Shown: positions 49,960 through 62,113 of the stretch, one piece after another
How positions within the stretch are numbered: position 1 is the first letter of the stretch
Layout of the letters: every line of letters begins with the position of its first letter
Assembly (NCBI GenBank): GCA_951406725.2
Contig: OX597829.1
Coordinates: 38,502,001-38,566,000, forward strand
Direction of reading: 5' to 3'
DNA: 64,000 bases
Source of the DNA: Octopus vulgaris
Lineage: Eukaryota
Position numbers and translations under genes: made by a program
Notes under the pieces: generated by a model
Seen by the model: the letters and a program-made list of their open reading frames with translations, nothing else
Database searches by the model: none
What the model was told of the DNA's origin: nothing

Positions 49960-50442
49960 AAACATTAATTCAATGTTTAAATTTGTTTAAAGCAGTTAGG
50001 TGGGGGGGGGGGGAATAGACAATTTCGAAATCTCAATTAAAACTAGAATTATATAATCAGTAAGGAGAAGGGAAAAGAAGAAAAACACTAACTCACACAC
50101 TCAATCTTTAAATCTGATCAAAGTAGGGAGGGGAGACAATTCTGAAATCTCAATTAAAATTAGAACTACACTGGTAGTAAGAATTTAAAAGAAAAAAAAA
50201 AGGAAACAAACATTAATTTGGTCTATAAATCTGATCGAGCTTGAGCGCAGGGTAGGTTAGGATGTTATGATCTAAATTAAAATTAAAACCTTGCATAGAG
50301 TGAAGAGAGGTTAAACGTTAACCGGATGTTTAAATCTGATCAAGACAAGGAGGGGAAACAATTCTGAAGTCTCATTTAAAATTAGATTGCTATGAGGGAA
50401 AGAAACTTAAACATTACTAGGATACCTTATTTAAATCTGATA
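49960..50442. repeat. Diverged tandem repeat of about 110 bp, 4-5 units
   Basis: Recurrent TAAATCTGATC and ACAATTCTGAAATCTCAATTAAAATTAGA blocks. Confidence 0.7.
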
Positions 50443-50659
50443 TGTGGTTAACAAGATGATGTGTTGTACATTTTACCAAGTTTCTATTTTGCTATCAAGT
50501 ATGTTAACATACACTTTACCATTATTTCCATGCAGAAGGCAACTCTGGGTCAATTGCACCATCAGTCAGGTTTATAAGGTCACTTTGAATTCATCCACAA
50601 AATTTCTCTTTACTTCTCTAGTCATTCTATGATCTTCAGTAACCAACAATGCATTATTA

Positions 50660-51045
50660 TGGAGTTGCAAAGACCTGTTGAGGCAATTGAAATCGAAATC
50701 GATCAAAGATCAATGGAAATTGTAGTTGTGATACCAGTGCCGGTGGCACGTAAAAGAACCATCCGAACATGGCCGTTGCCAGCGCCACCTCGACTGGCCT
50801 CCGTGCTGGTGGCACATAAAAAGCACCAACCGATCATGGCTATTGCCAGCCTCCCCAGGCCCCTGTGCCGGTGGCACATAAAAAGCACCCACTACACTTA
50901 TGGAGTGGTTGGCGTTAGGAAGGGCATCCAGCTATAGAAACACTGCCAGATCAGACTGGGCCTGGTGCAGCCTCCTGGCTTCTCAGACCCCAGTCGAACC
51001 CATGCTAGTATGGAAAGCGGACGTTAAACAATGATGATGATGATG
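50660..51045 (+). mobile_element. Family C retroelement, longest copy
   Basis: Three GTGCCGGTGGCAC-TAAAA units, GGTTGGCGTTAGGAAGGGCATCCAGC, (GAT)n tail. Confidence 0.85.
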
Positions 51046-51046
51046 T

Positions 51047-51956
51047 TTAACACTTTGCCTGACCAAGGTGTTTTCATTAGTTTGTCCTCAACATCCATCT
51101 ATGCTTGTTTTTCTGACTTTTAATCAGCCCTTGTTTTGGACATTCCAAGTAATATAAAACATTCCTTTCATAAATCCCAAGTTATTCTAGAAGTTGAAAA
51201 AAACTGGGAATACGTTTCATATTTGATGCATAGATGCCAAGGAAAAATATCTGATGGATCCCATATGATATATGGCACAGGCAAAGGGTTATATTAAAAC
51301 TGGGTTTTATCCACTCTTAAACCCTTTGCCTATCAAAAGCATTTTTGTAACTTTGTCCCAAAAGTCCATGCTTGTTTTCAGGCTTTTAGTTAGCACATAT
51401 TTAATGTTTTCGAGTAATACTCTTTACTCTTTTCAGTCATTTGATTGTGGCCATGCTGGAGCACCACCTTTAGTCGAGCAAATCGACCCCAGAACTTATT
51501 CTTTGTAAGCCTAGTACTTATTCTATCGGTCTCTTTTGCTGAACCGCTAAGTTATGGGGATGTAAACACACCAACATCGGTTGTCAAGCGATGTTGAGGG
51601 GGACAAACACACACACACTCACATATATATATACATATATACGATGGGCTTCTTTCAGTTTCCATCTACCAAATCCACTCACAAGGCTTTGGTCGGCCTG
51701 TGGCTATAGTAGAAGACACTTGCCCTAGGTGTCACGCAGTGGGACTGAATCCGGAACCATGTGGTTGGTAAGCAAGCTACTTACCACACAGCCACTCCTG
51801 AGCCTACAAAACATAATATAAAACATTCATTTTACAGATCCCAAGTTATTCTAATGGTTGAAAAAAAAATGGGAGTGTGCATCATATATGAGGCATGGAT
51901 GCCAGGGAAATATGTCCTGTATATTACATGTGATACAAGGTCACGCAAGGGGTTAA
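51047..51956 (+). mobile_element. Two tandem piggyBac-like MITE family 3 copies (51047-51292 and 51317-51956)
   Basis: Both start TTAA..C(A/C)CTTTGCCT and end GCAA(A/G)GGGTTA, and share the AATATAAAACATTC...ATCCCAAGTTATTCTA body. Confidence 0.65.
51419..51805 (-). mobile_element. SINE family A nested in MITE 3
   Basis: Near-consensus reverse copy. Confidence 0.9.
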
Positions 51957-53192
51957 ACCCATTTTTGCTTTCATCAAGTAGAGTAATCCTCAGATCAAAG
52001 CCAATCAAACCATCATCATTCCAACTTTTTGTAATGTCTCTGATTAACTGATATTTTTTGTATCGTTATTTACTTTTAAGACTATACATTGTGGGTTAGA
52101 GAGAGATTTGGTTGTTGTTCCTAGCATGACAACCCCTGAGTTACATTCCACGTCTCATGGAACTCCTAAAAAAACATGTCTTTATTAATCTTTTTCTTTC
52201 TCTTTCATAAAGTTAAGTGTCATGAGATTAAACAATCATAAAATCTTTGATTTGGTAGTGCTAAATCTATCAGCCATCACAAAGAAATTTTGTCTTTAAC
52301 CAAAACCTTGCCAACATTAATTTCCTCTGCAATCCCTATTTAGAGGTTGTTTCTCATGCAGAGTCTCCTTATCTCTTAGGGATGCCAGTATTTTGAATAT
52401 TCTAAGCATTTATAAGAAAATTACAAATATAAAATTTATCACAGAAATAACTAAAAAATGCAATTTTGTATAATTAGACTATCTATCATGTTTTAACTTT
52501 GCAACTTCTTGTAGTACTCTAGGATGTTGGGAAATGGTTTTCAGCTATTTTTTTTACCTGTGGATCCCTTTGATTCCTGTTTCATTTGGATGAACTCTCA
52601 TATTTTATAATTAAATATTAGTAGGAATTGTATTTTAAAAATTGTTAAAATATTGAATTGTTGAAGTACAACCAGTTTTACTATACATAAATTTTAATTA
52701 TGAAGCCTTACATGGACCCTGGTACCACTAGCATAGGGGAATCCCAGTTTGGAAAACTATAGCTTAGGGGCTCCTTCATTGGTTCTTGAATAATTCAGTC
52801 TTGTAAAAACTGAAATTACAGGCAGATATAATACTAAACATTATTTGCTCTGTTTAATTTTAATATCATCGTCCTGAGTTTTGAGTTCAATCCAATGGTA
52901 TGATGTTACTGTTTTAGCACCCTGATTGAGCAGACAGACCCACTATCTCAAAGGTGTTCCAGCTTTTTTAGGGATGTTGAGAATTATCTAAAGTGTTCTA
53001 TACTTTTTCCATTTTCCTTTCAAGCTCTATGATCAGTTGTACTAGAAGGATCATTCCATAGATAAATGCCTTGCGTTAATTATTCCAGGTCCTTAGATTC
53101 ATAGTTGAAATCCTTTTAAGGTCATCTTTGCCTTTCATCTCACTTCATAATGCACTAATAAAATATTGGGGTTGATTCTTTTCACTCTTTCA

Positions 53193-53241
<49 letters not shown>

Positions 53242-54214
53242 GTATCTCTCTTTCTCTTTCCCTGCCTTTCTCTCACTCACCCTCTCTTTTTAGACAGTTG
53301 GGTGGGATTCGAGGATGTGATTTTTGCAGGGTGAGTGCTCGTGTTCAGATTTAAGTATAGATAGGTGAAGCAAACTAATGTGAATTGACTGTGAAATATA
53401 GGTATGGTAGAGAAAGAATAAAAAGACGAGGAATGAGGAGGAAAAATCTTGAGATGAGTGAGATCTGGGTCTGCTTCATCAGAGCTGATCTGAGCCTAAA
53501 TGCCTAGAAAATAATGATCATATCTCTAACAACTTTACTACATATATTAGCTGATATCTTTAATGTTATTTCCTTTTATTATCTTTAACTGCTTTTTCTT
53601 GCAGCCTCCCTCCCTGATCTCTCTCTCTCTCACACACATACCTTACTTACATTGCTCAGCCTTTTATGCAAATTAATAATTTTCTGAAAATATTTTTTAA
53701 AAAATGTATTTCCCTGTATTTCTTATGAAAGAAGAAATTCTCTGTGCACGTGTGTGTGTATCTATTTCTGCTTCATTATGCCTAATCCATGTTCTAAAAA
53801 TAAATGTAAGCATACTAGTTAGAATAGTAACCAAAATATTTCAAAAGTGCTTATCTAATATTATAGATAATAGATTCCGCTTACTATTCTGCAAATATAG
53901 AAAAAAAGTCAATCATACCTTTTCCTTTTTCTTTAAATCCCATTATTATCATTATTATTATTACTATTACTACTATTAGTAGTAGTAGTAGTAGTAGTAG
54001 TGTTGAGTTGGCAGAATCATTAGTGTCAATAAAATGCCATGTAATCTTTCTGGCTCTTTATATTCGGAGTTTAATTCTTGCTGATGTCAACTTTTTCTTT
54101 CATCTCGCCAGAGTTGATAAAATAAAGTACCAGTCAAGTACAAGGATTTATGGTATACAATCCCTGCCTCTCTCCTTGAAATTGCTGGCTTTACAGCCAA
54201 ATCAGAAACCATTA

Positions 54215-54517
54215 TAATTATCATTTTCATATACACACAACAGATCAGACTGTTGGAAAAGAAAAAAAAATGCTAACATCGGGCTACAACAAGTAACCTT
54301 AGATGCCAAGAACCCTCCTATGTATCCTAGCTGTCCCTAATAACACTGTTTTCTGCAGCTGTTCTAAACTGGGTTTTATGCCTATTTTTTCCTGTACCCA
54401 TCAGTTCGAATCTTTAGGGATAGTTCCCAATGCACCTATAACTACTGGGATACACTTTACTTGCACTTTCCATAGTCTCTGTAATTCAAAAGCTAGTTTC
54501 TGGCTCTTTGCTATTTC
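54215..54517 (-). mobile_element. R4/Dong-like LINE 3' fragment
   Basis: IAKSQKLAFELQRLWKVQVKCIPVVIGALGTIPK ... EKIGIKPSLEQLQKTVLLGTARIHRRVLGI*. Confidence 0.8.
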
Positions 54518-54872
54518 ATCGTCATCTTCGTCGTCATCAACATCGTCAACATCATCAACATCATCACCAACACCACCAAGGTAGAAAGCTGGCAGGATTG
54601 TTAGCATGCCAGACAAAATTCCAGAGGTTGACTTTGCTTTTCATTGTTTTGGAGTCGATAAAATAAGTACCAGTGAAACACAGGGGTTGATGTAATCAAC
54701 TAGACCCCTCCAACCAAAATTCCAGGCCTTGAACCTTTAGTAGAAAGGACTATTATTAATTTTTAAAGATTTCCTTGATATCTACTATGTTTACACATTA
54801 TCCACCAGGCACTAACTACCCAGATATCTATGGTAGATAAGATATAATGTTCTTAATATATTAGATGGTCCA

Positions 54873-55110
54873 GGTGGCAAGCTGGCAGAATTATTAGCAC
54901 ACCAGGCAAGATTCCTAGCAGTATGTTGTCCTTCTCTATGTTGTGAGTTCAAGTTCTGCCAAGGTTGATTTTTTTTTTTTTTTTTTTTCCCCCTCCTTTC
55001 ATTCTTTCAGGATCAATAAAATAAGTACCAGTTGGGCACTTGAGTCGATCTAATCAGCTTGGCCCCCTCCTTCAAAATGCTGGCCTTGTGCCAAAACTTG
55101 ATACCAATAT
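54873..55110 (+). mobile_element. SINE family D, older subtype
   Basis: GGTGGCAAGCTGGCAGAA head and ATAAAATAAGTACCAG core. Related copies at about 54005-54215, 54580-54755, 55703-55920 and 56004-56215. Confidence 0.7.
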
Positions 55111-55189
55111 ATAAGTTGATTATATGATGTTGAAAAGCAGAAGGACTGGATAAATTCTTGAAAAAAAGAGCATGTTCACATGAGTGAGA

Positions 55190-55670
55190 TATGAAAATGC
55201 TATCAAATTTGAGTTGATAGATCTTTTTGTAAAACATGCTCAGTGTCCATTTTCTTTCCTACACTTCTTTTGATCATGGATTTTGCCTGGTTTCATATCT
55301 ATGAATTTCTTTGTTCCTTTCTTTATTACCCTGAGTTTTTCTATGATAACAAGTATTAGTGTGGTTTCTCATTTTCCACATTTTGGTAATCTCTGTATCT
55401 AGGTCTTTGTACTTGGGTATTTTTTTATTAAGTCCTTTGACTACGATATTGTTGTCCATGTAGACAGCCAAGGCAATTAGAAAATAAATTTCATCAATAT
55501 GATTTTTTATTCTTATATCTCTTATATACTGTTGGTATTATTATTATTATCATTCAGTAGTTTTATTTTTATAACGTGCTTTCACTTCACTACCGAGTGC
55601 AGCTCTGTGTGCCTTGGGTATGTGCTGTGATGCTCTGATGGTTACTGTATTGAAAGTGTTCTGCATATTA
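55190..55670 (-). mobile_element. R4/Dong-like LINE remnants in (TAA)n
   Basis: DNNIVVKGLNKKIPKYKDLDTEITKMWKM, plus a short 3'-end-like piece (55550-55667) bounded by (TAA)n on both sides. Confidence 0.55.
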
Positions 55671-55921
55671 TTATTATTATTATTATTATTACTACTACTA
55701 TTAAGGTGGCAAGCTGGCAGAGTTGTTAGCATGCCATATGAAATGCTTAGTGGTATTTCAACTGCCACTATATTCTGAGTTCAAATTCTGCTGAAGTCAA
55801 GTTTACCTTTCATCCTTTTGGGATTGATAAATTAAGTACCAGTTAAGTACTGTAATCAATGTAATCGACTAGTCCAGTCCTCCTATATTTCAGGCCTTGG
55901 GCCTATAGTAGAAAGGATTTT

Positions 55922-55990
55922 TATAGCTCTGTTGGTAGAGCTTTAGACTTTTAATCTCAAGGTTGTGGATTCATGTCCCTTTGCATGAAG
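55922..55990 (+). pseudogene. tRNA-Lys(UUU)-like pseudogene or SINE head
   Basis: ATAGCTCTGTTGGTAGAGCTTTAGACTTTTAATCTCAAGG...TTCATGTCCCT follows tRNA-Lys(TTT). The acceptor stem is lost. Confidence 0.6.
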
Positions 55991-56406
55991 ACTTTCATTT
56001 TTGAAGGCAGTGATCTGGCAGAACCATTAGTATGCCAGACAAAATGCTTAGTGGTATTTTGTCCATCTTTATGCTCTCAGTTCAAATTCCAAGGTTGACT
56101 TCGTCTTTATCCTTTCGGGGTTGATAACAGAAGTACTAGTGAAGTAGAGAAGTACATGTAATCAGCTAGTCTCCTTCTCTCACAAAATTTCAGGTCTTGT
56201 GTCTAAAGCATAATTATTAATTTTATTATTGTTATTCTTGTTATTATCATAATAAAATGGAGTAATGGTTTTAATTCTGATTTCCCTACCACTCCACAAT
56301 TGTATCTATTTTCATTCAGTCTTGTCCCATCATCACTGTTTGTTACCTGCCACTCCTATTTTATCAAAGTGGTTGGCTATCAGGTTGTCTGTGAGATATC
56401 ATAATC

Positions 56407-56792
56407 TTAACTCTTTATTCGTAGTGTTTTGAATTATTCATTCTCTTAGCTTGGAGATCTTGATATTAATTGATCATTTTTGGAATGACATTGTACAGGA
56501 AGTGTGGCAGGCCAAATCAGGATAGCTTGAACATAAAACGGGTAGAGTATTTTGGTCAAATACGACCAATTTAAATGCAAAGGGGTTAACATATTAGTTA
56601 CCATATTTCTCTTGAAATACATTGTCCTTGTTTCAATTAATTTTTTTAAAAAATAAAGACTATCTTAGTAAAATAATTTTGTCATTATTAATCTGGTGTT
56701 TGGAACTTAAAACAAAATTTTGTGGATAGTTTTAACTTAGATCTCTAAAGAGCTAGGGGTAGTCTCAGGTGGCTTAGTATCAAAATAATTAA
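56407..56792. mobile_element. MITE family 2 (+) joined to MITE family 1 (-) through one TTAA
   Basis: TTAA at 56407, 56586 and 56789. Same order and orientation as 12060-12484. Confidence 0.7.
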
Positions 56793-56867
56793 AACAGATT
56801 CAAATACATATTTCAACAATTTATTTGTATCATTTTTTCTCCTTCATTTCCCTCATCTTGCTCTTTA

Positions 56868-57057
56868 TATCATCATCGTCGTTTAACGCCCGTTTTCCGC
56901 TAGCATGGGTTTGACGGTTTGACCGTGGTCTGGGAAGCGAGGAGGCTGCACCAGGCTTCAGGCTGATCTGGCAGTGTTTCTACAGCTGGATGCTCTTCCT
57001 AACGCCAAACACTCTGTGAGTGTAGTTGACATTAGGAAGGGCATCCAGCTGTAGAAA

Positions 57058-57061
<4 letters not shown>
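56868..57061 (-). mobile_element. Family C retroelement with an inverted 5' end
   Basis: The 36-bp segment 56973-57008 is repeated in inverted form at 57026-57061. Confidence 0.8.
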
Positions 57062-57093
<32 letters not shown>

Positions 57094-57649
57094 TAGTTGT
57101 TGTTCACTGGAGTTACTATTTCTTTCTCTCCCTCTCCCTCAAATACACTCTCTTACTTTTTCACTCACACTCCTCTCCTCCTCCTCCTCCTTTTAGCATT
57201 GACTTATTGTTGATGTGAGTTAATCAGTAATGGCGATGTGGTGGGGAGGCTACTCACATAATATCTCCTTTCCTTCAACCAAACTTGAAATAGGGACCAG
57301 CAACCTCTTCTTAGCTAGCATGTTACAAAAAAATGTATTACAAATGTTAAAGAACATGATGGACATGGCTGGAGCAATGTGTTGTACAGCAAAGAAAATT
57401 TTTTAAAAAAATAAATAAAATAGCTTAATTAAATTTCCTATAAATTTTTGGTGTGAGTTGCAAAAAGTATCATTGAAATGAATACATAGTTAATGATGGA
57501 AACAGATAATTAAGCTAATGATACTCTGGAAAAGTTAAAACGAGAGAAAATAAAACACTAAATTAAAAATTGTCAATGATTATGTTGTTGAAGATAATAC
57601 ATGCAGTAACAACAAGGATGTTTTATTGCTAGAAATGTATTAATTGTAG

Positions 57650-57803
57650 CTATGTATAGCCTAGTGGTTAGGGTGTTGCACTCACAATCATGTGGTCAAG
57701 GTTTCGATTCCCAGATTGGCAATGTGTTGTGTTCTTGAGCAAAAACACTTCAACTGTAGAATGGATAATCCTGCAATGGACTGGCATTCCAGTCAAGGGG
57801 AAT
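57650..57803 (+). mobile_element. tRNA-derived SINE with CORE-like and V-domain-like motifs
   Basis: TAGCCTAGTGG, GGTTTCGATTCCC, CTTGAGCAAAAACACTT and CCTGCAATGGACTGGCATTCCAGTC. Domain names are from memory. Confidence 0.55.
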
Positions 57804-58006
57804 CTTGGGAATCTTCACTCAGAAGGTGTCAATCTCTGTAATGCCTCAGCTCAAGGCTGTAGAATATGACATTTACTCAAGATGTCACAGAACAGAATCA
57901 AAACCAGGACTTTTTGATTCTGAAGTTAACATCTTAATCATTCAACCATAAGGTGCTCACATGTATACATGCTTATGCATGTATACATACATTATATACA
58001 TAGATA

Positions 58007-58368
58007 TGTGGTAAGAAGTTTGCTTCATAACGACATGGTTCTGGGTTCAATCCCACCGTGAGCCACCTTGGGCAAGTGTCCCCTGCTATTCACAAACCAA
58101 AGCTTTGCGAGTGGACTTAGTGGATGGAAACTGAAAGAAGCCCATGATGTGTTACTGTTCTTTTACCTTGACATTGCATGATAGTTGTAAACAAGTCTTT
58201 GTTATGCAAGCAGTGTTTCTCATTTTCAATCTTCTGTGGAAACCTGTTTGGAAGTGTCACCTTTCTTGGAAAGAGCTTGGTGACAGGAAAAACATTCAGC
58301 CATAGCAGATCTACCTCAAAATTCCATCTGACCAATGCAAGCATGGAAAAGTGGACATTAAAATGATG

Positions 58369-58370
<2 letters not shown>
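58007..58370 (+). mobile_element. SINE family E
   Basis: A-type head joined to the E tail ending GGACATTAAAATGATG. Confidence 0.7.
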
Positions 58371-58408
<38 letters not shown>

Positions 58409-59354
58409 CAACAACAAAGCCATTTATGGCTCAACCAGTATATTGTTGTCAAATGTTTCAATAATCAAATAATTTCATTATAAAAATATTGGCGCTGCCA
58501 TTATACTATCAGAGGCATTGGTTTCTCCTTGCATAAGTGAAAGACTATCAGCTCTCAGCTACGGGTCACTTGCTTGATTCTGTGTCCATTTATGTGAACA
58601 CATGAATCAATTATAGAAATGCATTCTATTATCGAGACATCACAAACCACTCTTCTTTATGTTGCAATGGTTTAAACTCGACAGATGAACAATAGTATTA
58701 TTAAATTGATACAACTGCATAATGTCATAAAGGTTATGCAATATTATTGATTGCGACAATCAATAATTTAGATATCAGTATGATCAAAAACAATGGTGAT
58801 TGATGTAGTTTGACTTTGATAGGCTGGACAGTGGTTACTGGGAAGATAGATACAATGGATTATATAGCAGAATATGTACCAAAGAAGAGTAAATAACGTA
58901 GCTGACACTCTAGTGGACAATCACTGGAATAACAGGTGCTTGATGTGACATTTGAATTCACCACCTGTCATGTGTAGATGGCTTGAAGAGACCACCTGTC
59001 ATGTGTGGGGAGGATGAAAGTTCTGTCAACATTATTTTCAATAGGAAACTGCTGTTTTGAAACTCCTAGATATTTAGTTTTGTAAGCGTAAAGCTTTTTA
59101 CCATGAGTGACCTTTCAGAATAGCAACTGGGAGCAATGCGATGATTAATTACTATCATTATAATAAAGGGTTTGCGTGTGCACACGCATGCACACACACA
59201 CACAGACCACATACCATTGTTTTTCTACACTCACTTTCCCATCCTTGTATGGGTCAAACAGAATTCATTAGGGAAGATTTTCTACACTGTTGCTCTTCAT
59301 GTCATCATGTATGATATATATATATATATATATATATCTGTATGTATGTATGTA

Positions 59355-59533
59355 TATAGGAAGAGTTTACAAAAAAACAAAAGACAGGTGGTGTACAAAA
59401 CAAACAGATGTATTAGTATAACGTTCAGGAATAGAAAAAGTCTTTTACGTTTCGAGCCTATGCTCTTCTTCAAAAAGGGACATAGAAAAAACAAGGAGAG
59501 AAAAAAAATGTGTGTAGTGGCTAACGATCTATC
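59355..59533 (-). mobile_element. Penelope-like fragment with a minimal hammerhead
   Basis: Minus strand 59441-59480 reads CTTT-TTGAAGA-A-GAGC(atag)GCTC-GAAA-CGTA-AAAG. Flanked by (TA)n. Confidence 0.6.
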
Positions 59534-59573
59534 ATATATATATATATGTGTGTGTGTGTGTAAAATACTTCAA

Positions 59574-59805
59574 ATGTAAATGAATAATTCTGCAATGGAC
59601 TGGCATTCCAGTCCGGGGGAATCTTGGGAATCTTCACTCAGAAGGTGTCAATCTCTGTAATGCCTCAGCTCAAGGCTATAGAATATGACATTTACTCAAG
59701 ATGTCACAAAACAGAATCAAAACCAGGACTCTGTGATTCTGAAGTGAACATCTTAATCATTCAGCCGTAAAGTGCTCGCTATAAACATGTATACATACAT
59801 TATAT
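59574..59805 (+). repeat. Direct duplicate of 57755-57995
   Basis: About 230 bp of close similarity, 1.8 kb apart. Confidence 0.85.
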
Positions 59806-60017
59806 TTCTGTGACAGTTAGAGGTTGGGAAAGCAACCAAGGGATAGTGCCTATCCAATATACTGCTGGTAGATCTTTTGCCCTTTTCTGTAATATGTTAC
59901 TACATGTGTATATTGTCTTCTAATACTTTCTGATGCTTTGGAATAGACACACTGGAAGAATGTCTGTCTACCGGATGATGTATGTCGTTTTGTATCCTCT
60001 CCATTTTCTTATCTGCC

Positions 60018-60054
<37 letters not shown>

Positions 60055-60139
60055 TGGGGTTGTGATAAGAAGTTTGCTTCCCAACCACATGGTACTAGGT
60101 TATGTCTTTCTGCATGGCACTTTGGTCAGCTATTCTTTA

Positions 60140-60292
60140 TTAACCCTTTCGATACCAAACCTTAGTCACTATTTATGTTCCTAACACTAGCTTAATGATA
60201 ACTAAGTTACTTTACTAAATTCTTTGTTATATTTAAAGTAATTGAAAGAAACACAGAGCATCTCAAAATAAATACAGTAATGAAAGGGTTAA
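60140..60292 (+). mobile_element. piggyBac-like MITE family 1, internally deleted
   Basis: TTAA-CCCTTTCGATACCAA joined directly to ACCTTAGTCAC. Ends GAAAGGG-TTAA. Confidence 0.85.
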
Positions 60293-62052
60293 ACAAAGAT
60301 GGTCAAGCTTAATTAAGGTTAAGCAGAATTAAAACAACAACAAAACTAATTTTGAGACTCCATCCCCACCCCTCATTTTTCTTTTGCAACTGTGGATCTT
60401 GAAGCACAATCCCTTTTAGATAGAAAAAAGTTAAAAGGTGCCCATGGAACTCAAATCCTCATCTACAAAATAAAATTTTTGTTGGTAAGAATAAAGTTTC
60501 TAAAATGGATATATTTGAAGGATTGCTTTGGCTCAGTGGTAGAATGCCTGCCTTGTCCATAGGAAGTGTAGTTTCAAATCACACTGTCATTGACTTTTTC
60601 TATCTAAAAGGTTTTCCAACAAAATACTTATTTGCTGTTTAAAGCTTTGTGTGCTTCCAGATCCATTCTTCTAATAAGAGATTATTTCATGTTCTCTCAA
60701 AGGTTTATAATTTTAATATAATTTTTTTGTTCCCATAACACTCTATAATACATCTGTTTTTACTTTTTTCTTTTATTATTATGTCATCTTTATATAACTT
60801 GTAACATGTACTAAATGTAACAAATTGAGATCTCAATCATCATCATTACATCTCAATGTGGTTGTTTAAATCTGTTAGAAATAATTGTCTATCTCCCTGA
60901 AACCACATATATTTAAAACATTTGATAATGAGGTCTGGGGACAATAACTGTGTTTGAGATAAAAAATAATAAAATGAGGTGGTTATGAGTGAAATAACTT
61001 TTGATCATTGTTTTGCTAGAAAATGGCTGATTTGGGGCTAAATGACAACAATTTATGTAATAAAAACAAACTTCCTGCTTCTTCTAATGAATCTATCCAA
61101 TCAGAATGAAAAATAATTAAAAAATAAAACAGTAAACACCTCCACCACCAGCACTACTACTATCATAATAACTATGATGACAATTAATAATAATTAAACA
61201 TAATATATCTTCATTATCAATAATAAAGAATATAATTATCTCATTGATGGTAGTGCTTCCTTAATTGGAAGCTTATTTAAGCATGTTAAAGTTAATGACA
61301 GCTGTATAAAATCCATTTTCTCATAGTGGTGCAGGCATGGCTATGCGGTTAAGAGCTGTGCTGTTGTGTGGTTTTGGGTTCAATTCTACTGTATGGCACA
61401 TTGGGCAAGTGTTTTCTCTTATAGCTTCTGGACAACCAAAGTCTTGCGAGTCTAATTTGGTGGGCTAAAATTGTGTTGAAGTTCGTTATATAATTAATCA
61501 ACATATGAAGTAAAAAAAGCATCTCTGGTGCAATAAACATTATTAAATATGTATACTAATGTATATGTATTGTGTATTTTCTGGTGGCTGCAATGGCCTA
61601 ATGAAATATATAACTCCCATGTCACCAGTGTTAAAACACCTTAGGTTCATGGGCAGGCAAGATAACTCTCCTTCAGCCGCATTTGGAAATGATGGACATT
61701 GATGTTTCGTCATTTTTGTGACTTGTCAGCATTACACACTCTCATAGGTTGAAGGCAAATCACCAAGCCAGTCCATGACTTTTATGTTCATAGCTTGTAA
61801 AGTCATGAGCTGGTATGCCCGTAATTTGCATACCTATGAGAAAATTTACATATGAAGTATTTAATATTTATAATTAATCAAACTTCAGAGAAATCAGAGG
61901 TAAAATATTTATTTTGTATGTTTATAGCCGTTTCATAATATGTATACAGTTACATCATTGATGCTAAAGCATCCTACACACTTTTAAGCATATAAAGTAT
62001 ACATATAGAGCTTACAATGAGTTTTATTCAATTCCAGGATTCCTTATTACTG

Positions 62053-62113
<61 letters not shown>

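Noticed and set aside
52520-52765. hAT-like MITE remnants (also 37972-39076 and near 19340)
   Set aside because: TIRs are too degraded and no matching 8-bp TSD is present.
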